Shown in pieces: positions 1-8,865 of a DNA stretch of 32,000 bases (the first letter of the stretch is position 1; each line of letters opens with the position of its first letter). Under the pieces are notes generated by a model, which saw only the letters and a list, made by a program, of their open reading frames with translations, searched no databases and was not told where the DNA came from. The DNA is from Crocosphaera subtropica ATCC 51142. GTDB lineage: Bacteria; Cyanobacteriota; Cyanobacteriia; Cyanobacteriales; Microcystaceae. A program made the translations under genes and the position numbers. The stretch lies in assembly GCF_000017845.1 (NCBI RefSeq), contig NC_010546.1, forward strand, positions 1,620,001 through 1,652,000. Reading direction: 5' to 3'.

Positions 1-549
1 TTGCCAAGTGAGCATGATACTGAGGGTAATGGGTTTATCGGTAGGGTTCTTTACCGTCCATTCAAATACTCCAATGGGATAACTGGTTTCTTGATAGTTA
101 TCAGGGATAATAGGAGAAAACTGTTCACAATAAATTTCGGCTTGAAAGACCCCTTCATACTGATACCAACTACAGGGATAAAGTGCCGAATAGGTTCCCT
201 TTTCTGTGGGATACCAAGCCCAACGAGACAGGGTATTATCTTCTGGGGGTTCCGTGGCTAAGGCATAAGCTTGTGCTGTGCCATTTTCAGGTTGCTCAAA
301 AATACTAAACTGACAAGATGGGATACTTTTAAAAATATGTTCCCCCCCATCTAAGTGCCAGAGGTTAAAATCACCACGAGGCGATCGCCCAATACAACCG
401 GAACCGAAGCCACCGATGGGCATTCCGTGCCAAGGACCGTCATCTAAATTACTCGCATAGCGTACTGTATAGGGGTTATCCCATCCTTGACCGATAGGAC
501 GTTTCCAAGCGCAAGAAGGGATGTTTGGGAGGGAAAATAAAGTCTTCAT
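1..549 (-). CDS. GBA2-type (GH116) beta-glucosidase / glucosylceramidase-like protein, N-terminal part only; the gene continues past the left edge
   Basis: Absent from the supplied ORF track because it is open at the window edge. The reverse-strand ATG is at 549-547. I checked every triplet in this frame and there is no reverse-strand stop down to base 1 (183 codons). Translation: MKTLFSLPNIPSCAWKRPIGQGWDNPYTVRYASNLDDGPWHGMPIGGFGSGCIGRSPRGDFNLWHLDGGEH...YSALYPCSWYQYEGVFQAEIYCEQFSPIIPDNYQETSYPIGVFEWTVKN. From memory, this matches the GBA2 N-terminal domain pattern (G.P.GG.G.G.I.R..RG.F..W ... ALYP..W..Y ... C.Q.SP.IP..YQ.SS.P.GVF.W.V.N). Confidence 0.85.
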   Translation of the reverse strand, partial: MKTLFSLPNIPSCAWKRPIGQGWDNPYTVRYASNLDDGPWHGMPIGGFGSGCIGRSPRGDFNLWHLDGGEHIFKSIPSCQFSIFEQPENGTAQAYALATEPPEDNTLSRWAWYPTEKGTYSALYPCSWYQYEGVFQAEIYCEQFSPIIPDNYQETSYPIGVFEWTVKNPTDKPITLSIMLTWQ

Positions 550-605
550 GGGATCATATTTTAGAACATGAAGGTCATTCGGAACAGTCATTAAAAAAAC
601 CTTTT

Positions 606-1415
606 CTAAGAAGGGGTGGGTAAGCTTTCTAAATAACGAAGAAATTCTAATAATTCCTCATCAGATAATACTTGACGCGATCGCTTTCCATAGGTTTTGA
701 TTAAATATTCTCGACCTTGTTCGGTTGTCCATTTTAATCGTTTTAATTCAGCATTAGAACGGGCAATAATTTCAGAAAAGTCAAGTTCTTCTTCTTCTAC
801 CATTGGCGGATTTTCGTCGATTTTTGGTTCTTGAATAGGCTCAGGGGTAGGAATATTCTTGTCTTCGATTTCTGGTTCTTCTATTTTTGTTTCTGTGGGA
901 GTGACAGGAATGGGTAAAGGTTTCTCTTCTATTTCTGGTTCAACTGGTGATGTTTTTTTACTGTTTTCTGTAGATTTCGCTTGTTTTTTAGTTGATTTGG
1001 TTACGGTTTCAGTAGTTGATTTAGTGACGGGTTGTGTTTCTTTTTCTATCTCTTTAGGTTCTTCTTTTTTAGCAGCCTTAGCAACGGGTTCAATGGGTTT
1101 TTCTGGGGGAGGTGATGCCACTTCAACTTTAGGTTTAGGTTGAGTGGTTTCTTGAGGCAATGGGGAAGATTGAGTGACTATTTTTTCTACTTTTTCCCTA
1201 GGTTTATTATCGAGTTCAAGACTTTTTAATGCTCTTTCTCTAGCTCGATCTTCTGCTGTTTCAATGTTACTATCTGCTGCTAATCCTGTCCCTAATGTTA
1301 CACCATTATTCTGTAATAATACCCTGACAATATATTGACCATGATCGATGGTTACTAACTCGCTCACTAAACTTCCTTCAGGATAATGTTTTCGGAATTG
1401 GCTTAACATAATCAA
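606..1415 (-). CDS. Hypothetical protein: small globular N-terminal domain, long P/E/K/T-rich low-complexity linker, conserved-looking helical C-terminal domain
   Basis: 269-codon ORF. The N-terminus (MIMLSQFRKHYPEGSLVSELVTIDHGQYIVRVLLQNNGVTLGTGLAADSNIETAEDRARERALKSLEL) looks alpha-beta-beta-beta-alpha. About 130 residues are PEK-rich with internal repeats (EPEIEEKP / EEPEIEDKN; VTKSTTETVTKSTKK). The C-terminus is LDFSEIIARSNAELKRLKWTTEQGREYLIKTYGKRSRQVLSDEELLEFLRYLESLP. I recognise no family. Confidence 0.6.
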   Translation of the reverse strand: MIMLSQFRKHYPEGSLVSELVTIDHGQYIVRVLLQNNGVTLGTGLAADSNIETAEDRARERALKSLELDNKPREKVEKIVTQSSPLPQETTQPKPKVEVASPPPEKPIEPVAKAAKKEEPKEIEKETQPVTKSTTETVTKSTKKQAKSTENSKKTSPVEPEIEEKPLPIPVTPTETKIEEPEIEDKNIPTPEPIQEPKIDENPPMVEEEELDFSEIIARSNAELKRLKWTTEQGREYLIKTYGKRSRQVLSDEELLEFLRYLESLPTPS

Positions 1416-1546
1416 TGCCTCTTTGTTCCCAATTTTTTTTAAGTTAACTTGTACTATTATAACAAAAGTTCTACTAAATTTTTAGTTTCCGAGGCCGTAG
1501 CCTCGAAAAAAATAACAGAAGTTTTAAATTAGCTACAATTCACCTT

Positions 1547-2536
1547 TTAACCGTTAAGTAATTCTTGCAAGGTTTCTGTTGCTAAACGGGCGCCATAACA
1601 GGTGACAATTTTAGAAGAAGCACGAGAAGCTAAATCACCAGCTTGAGCATAGCTCATGCCGTGGGTAAGACCATATAAAAAAGCTCCAGCATACATATCT
1701 CCTGCACCCACAGTATCAATAGCTTGGACTGGGTAAGCTGTTATTTCTATCAATTCTTGACCATCAAAAACCACTGATCCCTGAGATCCTCTAGTAATAG
1801 CAAATCCTTTAGATAACTTTTTAAAATAGGCGATCGCTTCAGAAAAATCTTCCGTGCCTGCCATTTTTAGGGCTTCTGATTCATTAGCAAAAATAAAATC
1901 TGTATTTGAGCCGATTATTTCTAGTAATCCCTCTTTAAAAAAGTCGACCATGTTGGGATCAGATAGGGAAAATGTCGTTTTAACCCCAGACTTTTCAGCA
2001 ACGTCTCTCGCTTTAATCGCAGCAGCTTTAGCCGTGGGTGATGTGACTAAATAGCCTTCCATGTAGAGATATTCAGAATCAGCGATCGCCGCCGGAACTA
2101 ATTCCGCTTCTGATAAACTACCACTAATTCCTAAAAAAGTGTTCATGGTGCGATCGGCATCAGGAGTGACCATAACTAAACATTTTCCTGTGGTTCCGTC
2201 TACTTCTTTTTCATCATGAACATTGGTATCTAAACCACAGTTTTGTAAGTCTTCTAAATAGAAAAAGCCAGCTTCATCTTTCGCCACTTTACAAGAGTAG
2301 AAACCCTTAGCCCCGAATTGACTTAAAGCGACCATCGTATTAGCAGCAGACCCTCCACCACTTTGCTTACAAAGATTACCATTAAATTTAGCAATGATGT
2401 CTCCTTGACGGACTTCATCAACCAAGGTCATCACCCCTTTATCAATGTTTAATTCTTGTAATAATTCAGGAGTCACCTGAAACTCCATGTCAACTAAAGC
2501 ATTACCGATACCGTAAACGTGATACTTTCTACCCAT
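1547..2536 (-). CDS. PfkB-family kinase, adenosine-kinase-like
   Basis: 329 aa. The N-terminal [12 protein letters not shown] and the C-terminal [17 protein letters not shown] (the PfkB signature around the catalytic Asp) are typical of ribokinase/adenosine kinase superfamily members. The overall length also fits. Confidence 0.8.
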   Translation of the reverse strand: MGRKYHVYGIGNALVDMEFQVTPELLQELNIDKGVMTLVDEVRQGDIIAKFNGNLCKQSGGGSAANTMVALSQFGAKGFYSCKVAKDEAGFFYLEDLQNCGLDTNVHDEKEVDGTTGKCLVMVTPDADRTMNTFLGISGSLSEAELVPAAIADSEYLYMEGYLVTSPTAKAAAIKARDVAEKSGVKTTFSLSDPNMVDFFKEGLLEIIGSNTDFIFANESEALKMAGTEDFSEAIAYFKKLSKGFAITRGSQGSVVFDGQELIEITAYPVQAIDTVGAGDMYAGAFLYGLTHGMSYAQAGDLASRASSKIVTCYGARLATETLQELLNG

Positions 2537-2739
2537 GAAAATTCTCTAGCTGTGCTTGTGATCTTCACGATAATATAACAATTGTTTAGGTTTAGACAAT
2601 TTACCAATTAACTATGAGCTAACCTAGACTTATAGTGTATGTGGGGTTTATCATTAAAAGAAATGGTTGAACCATAAGGAAAAGTCAATCCATTGATATT
2701 CCTTAACCTCTTATTCAGTGCCGTCCGCAAGCCCCTTTA

Positions 2740-3423
2740 ATGGAAACTCAAGCAATTGTCGAGCTATTCCCGCTGTTTAGTGCAGCGAACCCGGAAACGT
2801 TAGAATGGATACTATCTGTGGTCGATGAAGAAAGTTATGGTCAGCATGAAGAAATCATAAAAGAAAATGATTGGGGCAAGGCGGTTTACTTTATTGTATC
2901 GGGTTGGGTTAAAGTCCGTTCTCGCTATAATCATCAGGAAACGGTGTTAGAAATTTTGGGTAAAGGGGATTTTTTTGGAGAAATGGAGGTTTTAGACGAA
3001 TCTCTTAAATACATAGACGTGATTGCCCTTTCTGATGTTCAATTACTCAGTATTTCAGCCCAACGTTTTTTACAAATGCTGTTTAAAGACCCCCAAATTC
3101 ATCATAAAATGCTGCAACTCAGTGTCAGGCGGGTTCGTCACCTATATCGTCGTTTTCAATTACATCAACAAACCCCTAAAATTAAGCTAATTAAAACTTT
3201 AATGAAGTTAGCAGAAGCCTATGGTAAATTAATGGAGGAAGGGGCAGAAATTTTACAAATTCCTGACCAAGATTTAGCAGATATTGCCGATATTTCTCTT
3301 GATGAATGTCAACAAATTATTACTCAATTGCAACAGCAAGGTTGCTTAGAAAGTGATTCTTCTCGTCAAGTTTTGTTTTTAACAAATCTTAAGCAGTTAA
3401 ACCATTTTGCAAAACAAATTTAA
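2740..3423 (+). CDS. Crp/Fnr-family transcriptional regulator (cNMP-binding-like domain plus C-terminal HTH)
   Basis: 227 aa. The beta-roll region VYFIVSGWVKVRS...GKGDFFGEMEVL is followed by the HTH-like DLADIADISLDECQQIITQLQQQGCLE. The Arg-Ser/Thr pair that contacts the cAMP phosphate in CRP is not evident; KYID sits at the equivalent place. Confidence 0.8.
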   Translation: METQAIVELFPLFSAANPETLEWILSVVDEESYGQHEEIIKENDWGKAVYFIVSGWVKVRSRYNHQETVLEILGKGDFFGEMEVLDESLKYIDVIALSDVQLLSISAQRFLQMLFKDPQIHHKMLQLSVRRVRHLYRRFQLHQQTPKIKLIKTLMKLAEAYGKLMEEGAEILQIPDQDLADIADISLDECQQIITQLQQQGCLESDSSRQVLFLTNLKQLNHFAKQI

Positions 3424-3425
3424 TA

Positions 3426-5204
3426 ATGACTAAATTAACTATTACCGAGGCGAAAAAACCGAATCAACCCTCACCCAGTTTAACTTATTTTGTGAAAATG
3501 CCCCATCCTAATTCTCATCTATTTGAGGTGGGTTTACAAATTGAACAATGGTCAAATCCTGTGCTGAATTTAAAAATGCCAGTCTGGACACCAGGTTCTT
3601 ATTTAGTCAGAGAATATGCTCGACATATTCAAGATTTTAAAGCAGTATCCAAAGATAAACAAAAAAAACTCCTCAGTCAAAAAGTTAGTAAAAATCATTG
3701 GCAAATAGAAACCAAAGAAGTTGAAAATGTTCTCATTACTTATCGAGTGTATGCTAATGAATTAACGGTAAGAACTAATCACTTAGATAACACCCATGGT
3801 TACTTTAATGGGGCTGCTTTATTCTATTTGATTCCAGGGTTAGAAACCACTCCCATTACCGTAGAAATTATCCCCCCTAATTCGACTTGGAAAGTTAGCA
3901 CAGCTTTGCCTGATATTCCTGGCAAAGTTAATCAATTTTATGCTCAAGATTTTGACACATTAGTAGATAGTCCTTTTGAAATTGGCAATCATGCTGTTTA
4001 TTCTTTTGAAGTCTTAGGAAAACCTCATCAATATGCTATTTGGGGAACCGGTAATATCCAACCCAATAAACTCATCGAAGATACCAAAAAGATCATCGAA
4101 ACAGAAGCTAAATTATTCGGTGGATTACCCTACGATGATTATTTATTTATTCTCCACCTTACCCATAATAGTTTTGGTGGTTTAGAACATAAAAATTCTT
4201 GCTCTTTGATCTATTCTCGTTTTTATTTCAAGGATACAGATAAATATAATCGTTTTTTGCAATTAGTTGCCCATGAATTCTTCCATTTATGGAATGTAAA
4301 ACGCATTCGGCCAAAAGCACTAGAAACTTTTGATTACGAACAGGAAAATTATACCCCTTCGTTATGGTTTTCTGAAGGAACAACCAGTTATTATGATATG
4401 GTTATTCCCTTAAGAGCAGGAATTTATAATGCTAAAAAATTCTTGGAAATTTTAGGTAAAGAAATTACTCGTTTTTTAACAACCCCAGGCCGTAAAGTTC
4501 AACCCCTGAGTGAATCAAGCTTTGACGCTTGGATCAAATTATATCGACGAGACAACAATAGTGATAATTGCCAAATTTCCTATTATTTGAAAGGTGAATT
4601 GGTTTCTCTTCTGTTAGACTTACTGATTCGTGCTAAACATCAAAATAAACGGTCTTTAGATAACGTGATGCTTCAGATGTGGGAACAATTTGGAAAATCT
4701 GAAATTGGGTTTACTCCCCACCAACTTCAACAAGTTATCGAATCTGTAGCAGATATGGATTTACAAAGCTTTTTTAATTTGTATGTTGATAGCATAGAAG
4801 AATTACCGTTTAATAAGTATTTAAACCCCTTTGGTTTACAACTTAAACCTGTAATGGAAGACGAGGGTGTTCCCTATTTAGGTATCAGAGTTCAATCAGA
4901 AAATAATAAAGAAATTATTAAGTTTGTTGAGAAAGGATCACCAGCTTCCTTAGAGGGAATTGACCCAGAGGACGAATTATTAGCTATTAATGGAATTCGA
5001 GTGACGGCTGAGGAATTAAATGAACGTCTTAAAGACCATCAAGCCGATGAAATCGTTTCAGTGACTGTCTTTCACCAAGATGAATTAAGAACCTTCTCGA
5101 TTACTTTAGGAAAGCCTCAACCCAGTCGATATGAAGTGGTTCAAATCGAAAATCCATCACCCCTTCAACAAGACAATTTAACGGGTTGGTTGGGAAAAAT
5201 TTAA
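3426..5204 (+). CDS. M61-family (glycyl aminopeptidase-like) zinc metallopeptidase with C-terminal PDZ domain
   Basis: 592 aa. It has the HExxH zinc motif in LVAHEFFHLWNVKRIRP, and the downstream FSEGTTSYY is typical of M61. The C-terminal GIRVQSEN..IIKFVEKGSPASLEGIDPEDELLAINGIRV is PDZ-like. The start codon lies 2 bp after the regulator's stop. Confidence 0.85.
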   Translation: MTKLTITEAKKPNQPSPSLTYFVKMPHPNSHLFEVGLQIEQWSNPVLNLKMPVWTPGSYLVREYARHIQDFKAVSKDKQKKLLSQKVSKNHWQIETKEVENVLITYRVYANELTVRTNHLDNTHGYFNGAALFYLIPGLETTPITVEIIPPNSTWKVSTALPDIPGKVNQFYAQDFDTLVDSPFEIGNHAVYSFEVLGKPHQYAIWGTGNIQPNKLIEDTKKIIETEAKLFGGLPYDDYLFILHLTHNSFGGLEHKNSCSLIYSRFYFKDTDKYNRFLQLVAHEFFHLWNVKRIRPKALETFDYEQENYTPSLWFSEGTTSYYDMVIPLRAGIYNAKKFLEILGKEITRFLTTPGRKVQPLSESSFDAWIKLYRRDNNSDNCQISYYLKGELVSLLLDLLIRAKHQNKRSLDNVMLQMWEQFGKSEIGFTPHQLQQVIESVADMDLQSFFNLYVDSIEELPFNKYLNPFGLQLKPVMEDEGVPYLGIRVQSENNKEIIKFVEKGSPASLEGIDPEDELLAINGIRVTAEELNERLKDHQADEIVSVTVFHQDELRTFSITLGKPQPSRYEVVQIENPSPLQQDNLTGWLGKI

Positions 5205-5289
5205 AGGAAATAGTGAGCAAATTTAGGGTTATAATGAAAATCTTGGATAGAAGACTATCTGATGCAATGCAAGGATAACGGAATATAAG

Positions 5290-6204
5290 ATGCACACTTT
5301 TCTGCCAATTGCTTATTTTGAGAACCAATTTGTCCCCTTTGAAAATGCTAAACTCTCTATAGCAACCCATGCCCTACATTATGGGACGGCAGCTTTTGGT
5401 GGAATGCGTGGAATTCCTGATCCTGAAAATCCTAAACAAATCTTATTATTTCGTTTAGATCGTCACTGTCAGCGTTTATCTCAAAGTGCTAAGTTTCTCA
5501 ATTATGAATTATCTTCAGAGAAACTACAACAAATCATTATTGATTTTGTTAAGAAAAATAAGCCGAGTCAGTCTTTTTATATTCGTCCTTTAGTTTACAG
5601 TTCAGGACTAGGCATTGCCCCAAGACTTCATAACATCGAAAAAAACTTTTTTGTTTATGGTCTAGAAATGGGAGACTATCTTTCTCCTGATGGGATTAGT
5701 TGTCGTATTAGTTCTTGGACTCGTCAAGAAGATCGCAGTTTTCCCCTAAGAGGAAAAATTAGTGCTGCTTACATCACCTCTGCTTTAGCGAAAACTGAAG
5801 CAGTAGAATCAGGGTTTGATGAAGCCATTTTAATGAACTCCCAAGGGAAGGTTTGTGAAGCAACTGGGATGAATATTTTTATTATTAGAAATGGCACGTT
5901 AATTACCCCTGGGTTTGAACAAGATATCTTAGAAGGAATCACAAGGGATAGTGTTTTAACCTTAGCTAAAAATTTCGGAATTCCTACTATTGAACGACCG
6001 ATTGATAAATCCGAATTATTTATTGCTGATGAAGTCTTTTTATGTGGAACTGCAGCCAAAATTGCCCCAGTTAAACAAATCGAAACCTTTAAGCTTTCTG
6101 CTCATCGCCCTATTACTGAGAAGTTAAAAGATAAGTTATTTGCTATTACTGAAAACAAAGATCCAGACTATAGAGATTGGGTTTATACCGTGGCTGTTGA
6201 ATAA
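5290..6204 (+). CDS. ilvE: Branched-chain amino acid aminotransferase (class IV PLP enzyme)
   Basis: 304 aa. The sequence FVPFENAKLSIATHALHYGTAAFGGMRG ... YIRPLVY ... GITRDSV ... DEVFLCGTAAKIAPV follows the IlvE/class IV aminotransferase pattern. Confidence 0.9.
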   Translation: MHTFLPIAYFENQFVPFENAKLSIATHALHYGTAAFGGMRGIPDPENPKQILLFRLDRHCQRLSQSAKFLNYELSSEKLQQIIIDFVKKNKPSQSFYIRPLVYSSGLGIAPRLHNIEKNFFVYGLEMGDYLSPDGISCRISSWTRQEDRSFPLRGKISAAYITSALAKTEAVESGFDEAILMNSQGKVCEATGMNIFIIRNGTLITPGFEQDILEGITRDSVLTLAKNFGIPTIERPIDKSELFIADEVFLCGTAAKIAPVKQIETFKLSAHRPITEKLKDKLFAITENKDPDYRDWVYTVAVE

Positions 6205-6321
6205 ATATTATTGTTCCTAAACTTTTCATAAATCCCAATTTTGCTCTTGATAGTCAAACTCCCCAAACAGTTTAAGGGGTAAGCTGAGATGAAAGCTTTT
6301 TGAATACGATACTTTATAGTA

Positions 6322-6351
6322 GGGTAAGCAGGGGGAGCAGAGGAAGCAGAG
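6322..6351. repeat. Isolated purine-rich core resembling the interior of MITE family 1 (relic or related element, no TIRs found)
   Basis: gggtaagcagggggagcagaggaagcagag resembles gaggtaagcagagggagcaggggaagcagag in the copy at 19866-19997. I could not find the taccaattctc / gagaattggta ends nearby. Confidence 0.4.
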
Positions 6352-6473
6352 TTGTAAGAATATAGCTGACGGCTGATAGCTGAACACTTACCAACTAACA
6401 AATTTTATCGAAGGTGCAAGATATGAGTCGAAGTGAGATTATGACGGTAGATTCTGCAAATTTGATATGAAAC

Positions 6474-7187
6474 ATGACGAATTTGGGTATGTTGTATGAG
6501 AAAGTGCTTTTTTCTTACCCTATCTTTATTATGTTTCATCCTGACTCGTACCCCCAAGACTTATCCCCTCGATATCCACCCTATACACCTTTACCAAAAA
6601 GTGAAGGGAATAAGGTCTTACAACGTTCCTTTATTATCTTGTCTCAGGGCAACAATAATCAAGGATTTACCTTAATTGAACTATTGGTTGTTATTATTAT
6701 TCTTGGTATTTTAAGTGCGATCGCTTTACCTCAAACATTACAGATAATTGGCCGTGGTCGAGAATCAGAAGCCAGAAGTTTGATGGGGGCAATGAATCGC
6801 GCCCAACAAGCCTATTTTTACGAAAACGGGACTTTTGCTCAGAATGCTGTCGACTTAGATGTTCCTGTCGGTAATGAAAAATATTACCTTGGGTTTGTTG
6901 ATTCTGGTAATGATTTCACTCAGGGAGGTTTACAAGGGGCAAAAGGCCAGAATAATCATACCAATGTTACTAGAGATTATGCAGCAGCAGTCGGTTATGA
7001 TTCCATCAATAGAACATTCTCTACTGTTATCTGTCGCTCCATTGATCAAGCTAACAACTATGAAATTGCTGGTTTAACTTCTATTGATCCTACGATTGGG
7101 ACAGGAACAGTTACAGCGGTAACAGGAGGAACAAGAGCGCAATGTGTTCAAAGTGCTGGAGTCGAAACAGTCGAAGAGTTAAGATAA
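6474..7187 (+). CDS. Type IV pilin-like protein (prepilin N-terminal cleavage/methylation domain); start codon uncertain
   Basis: The class III signal QG|FTLIELLVVIIILGILSAIALP is followed by the GRGRESEARSLMGAMNRAQQAYFYENGTFA region typical of cyanobacterial pilin-like proteins. The track start gives a roughly 64-aa leader. The ATG at 6531 or the in-frame TTG at 6639 (giving MSQGNNNQG|FTLIEL) would give more usual leaders. Confidence 0.8.
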   Translation: MTNLGMLYEKVLFSYPIFIMFHPDSYPQDLSPRYPPYTPLPKSEGNKVLQRSFIILSQGNNNQGFTLIELLVVIIILGILSAIALPQTLQIIGRGRESEARSLMGAMNRAQQAYFYENGTFAQNAVDLDVPVGNEKYYLGFVDSGNDFTQGGLQGAKGQNNHTNVTRDYAAAVGYDSINRTFSTVICRSIDQANNYEIAGLTSIDPTIGTGTVTAVTGGTRAQCVQSAGVETVEELR

Positions 7188-7293
7188 CCTGAGTTCGGAG
7201 TGCAACTACCTCGTGCTACGCAACGGAGTTAGAGCATATGCGGAGCAAGTTTTTACATTTCATTTATAAACTACTAGATAATTGGACACTTCC

Positions 7294-8640
7294 TTAGAAA
7301 TAAATGTTATTACCAGTCCAATAAGGAGAGCTAATCACTAAAAATAAACTGACGTACATTCCCCATAATAAAACTGAAATAAATTGAGGATTACGTCGAA
7401 TAATTAAAGTAGAGGTGACTGCCCAAGTAAAAGCAATAGCCATTAAGGTGAGGATTAATAATAAACGATGGGACAGTAGGGTGAAATGGAAAGGAAAATT
7501 CAAAAAAATGCAAAGACTAATGAGACTAATGACCCCTGATAAGCTCAATAAAATTAATGGCCAAGATTGAGGATAAGGAATATCCTTAGGCCAATCATTG
7601 ACTTCACTCAACATCAGTCCACTGGCCAAGGCTACAGCAGGGTAAAAAGGTAACATATAACCCATAGTATCCAGAGGAAGAACACAAATGATTCCTCCAT
7701 AAAAACCACCCCAAACCAGAATTAATTTTGCCCATCCCCAGTTGAGGGATTTCCAGGCTAATCTTGTACCATAAATAGCAAATATCAACCAAGGCCAAGA
7801 ATATTTAATGGTCGCTAAGGGATAATAGGTCAAAGAGATAAAAAAGTTGTGCCAACCCCACTGCAATGAATGGAAAAAAACCTCATTTAAAAAAGGTTGT
7901 CCATAAACCAACCATTCCATCCAATACCAAGTTAAAGCCGGTAAAAAACCCAGACAAACACCTACCCAAAAGTAAATAGAACTTAACAGTCTTGGGGTAT
8001 CCCAAGCCAAGAAAATAATTAATAAAATGGTGACTAAACAGCCAATTAAGCCTTGAGTCAAGAATAACCCACTTAAACTTAAACCGACAGCCAACGACCA
8101 ACGAAAATCACGACGGGATCGTAATACACATAAGATGGTCAAAATCGACCAAAACAGGACAATACCATCTAACATGGCTAAACGGCTCCAACGAACCACC
8201 GGAAAGAGCATCAGGTAAATTAAGGCACTCAACACAGCCGGTCGCCAGAGGACAAAAATTTCCCGTGCTACTGCATACAATAACGGCACAGAAACCGAAG
8301 CAAATATAGCTCCTATAAAACGAATACGTCCGGGGGTTAACTCTTCTTTAACACCACCGATGGTTAATAGCAATAACCCCAAAACGGGATGTTGGTGATA
8401 GGGTTGACCGTCTAGATGAGGAAACAGCCAGTCTCCTGATAAAAAGGAGGTTTGTGCCATTTGTTGAGCCAATTGGCCAATAATCCGCTCTGAGTCCAAT
8501 AGAGGAGAACTATCTAGGTTAGATCCCAACAAAATTAGTGCGATCGCAAATAAACCGACCCAAGAACCCAGACTGCGCCAAGTGTTACTCCGTGGATATA
8601 AAGATTTTAAAGGATGCCAAGTAAATGTTTTCGAGTTCAT
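7294..8640 (-). CDS. GT-C fold glycosyltransferase (family 39/83, ArnT/PMT-like) integral membrane protein
   Basis: 448 aa and hydrophobic throughout. The first periplasmic-loop region LDSERIIGQLAQQM..SGDWLFPHLDGQPYHQHPVLG resembles the D/E-containing loop plus the P.....PPL pattern of ArnT/PMT_2 enzymes. Confidence 0.65.
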   Translation of the reverse strand: MNSKTFTWHPLKSLYPRSNTWRSLGSWVGLFAIALILLGSNLDSSPLLDSERIIGQLAQQMAQTSFLSGDWLFPHLDGQPYHQHPVLGLLLLTIGGVKEELTPGRIRFIGAIFASVSVPLLYAVAREIFVLWRPAVLSALIYLMLFPVVRWSRLAMLDGIVLFWSILTILCVLRSRRDFRWSLAVGLSLSGLFLTQGLIGCLVTILLIIFLAWDTPRLLSSIYFWVGVCLGFLPALTWYWMEWLVYGQPFLNEVFFHSLQWGWHNFFISLTYYPLATIKYSWPWLIFAIYGTRLAWKSLNWGWAKLILVWGGFYGGIICVLPLDTMGYMLPFYPAVALASGLMLSEVNDWPKDIPYPQSWPLILLSLSGVISLISLCIFLNFPFHFTLLSHRLLLILTLMAIAFTWAVTSTLIIRRNPQFISVLLWGMYVSLFLVISSPYWTGNNIYF

Positions 8641-8865
8641 AGGGATGGGAAGAGGTTAGCAATATAATTTAAAGATACGTTGTTCTTAATACCTGTTATA
8701 GATGAAGTACGAGAGGATGAAACCCTAATCCTACTCCATAAAAATCTTAATCTACTCCTTCAAAAACTGCACTGTCAATTTTGAAAAATCTTAATCCCTA
8801 GACGAGAAAATGGAATGCTATATTAAAGTACCTATAGATTAAGGCGATGGCCTCTGTCAAAAAAG

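Noticed and set aside
1-261. Plus-strand 86-aa ORF at the left edge
   Set aside because: It lies antisense to a convincing GH116/GBA2-type coding frame on the minus strand and has no recognisable motifs of its own.
859-1143. Plus-strand 94-aa ORF (MSSISGSSIFVS...)
   Set aside because: It is an antisense shadow of the low-complexity P/E/K-rich coding region at 606-1415. Its Ser/Gly/Phe-rich composition is what the reverse frame of GAA/CCA/AAA-rich codons produces.
1490-1505. Hairpin cgaggc-cgta-gcctcg downstream of the adenosine-kinase-like gene
   Set aside because: On the relevant (minus) strand the U run lies before the stem, not after it. On the plus strand the stem is followed by A7. It is therefore not a convincing rho-independent terminator for any gene here.
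2557-2568. TGTGATCTTCAC upstream of the kinase gene and near the Crp-family regulator, as a possible CRP site
   Set aside because: The half-sites are separated by 3 nt, not the 6 nt of the TGTGA-N6-TCACA consensus, and the second half is incomplete.
5101-6401. Minus-strand ORFs 5101-5370 and 6183-6401 that span gene junctions
   Set aside because: They overlap the ends of the M61 and ilvE genes and a repeat relic. Their composition is low-complexity and there are no ribosome-binding sites.
7188-7293. Possible terminator or structured RNA between the convergent pilin and GT-C genes
   Set aside because: It contains a MITE-2-like end (aacctgagttcgg) and a GCATATGC palindrome. I found no stem of 6 bp or more followed by a U tract on either strand.
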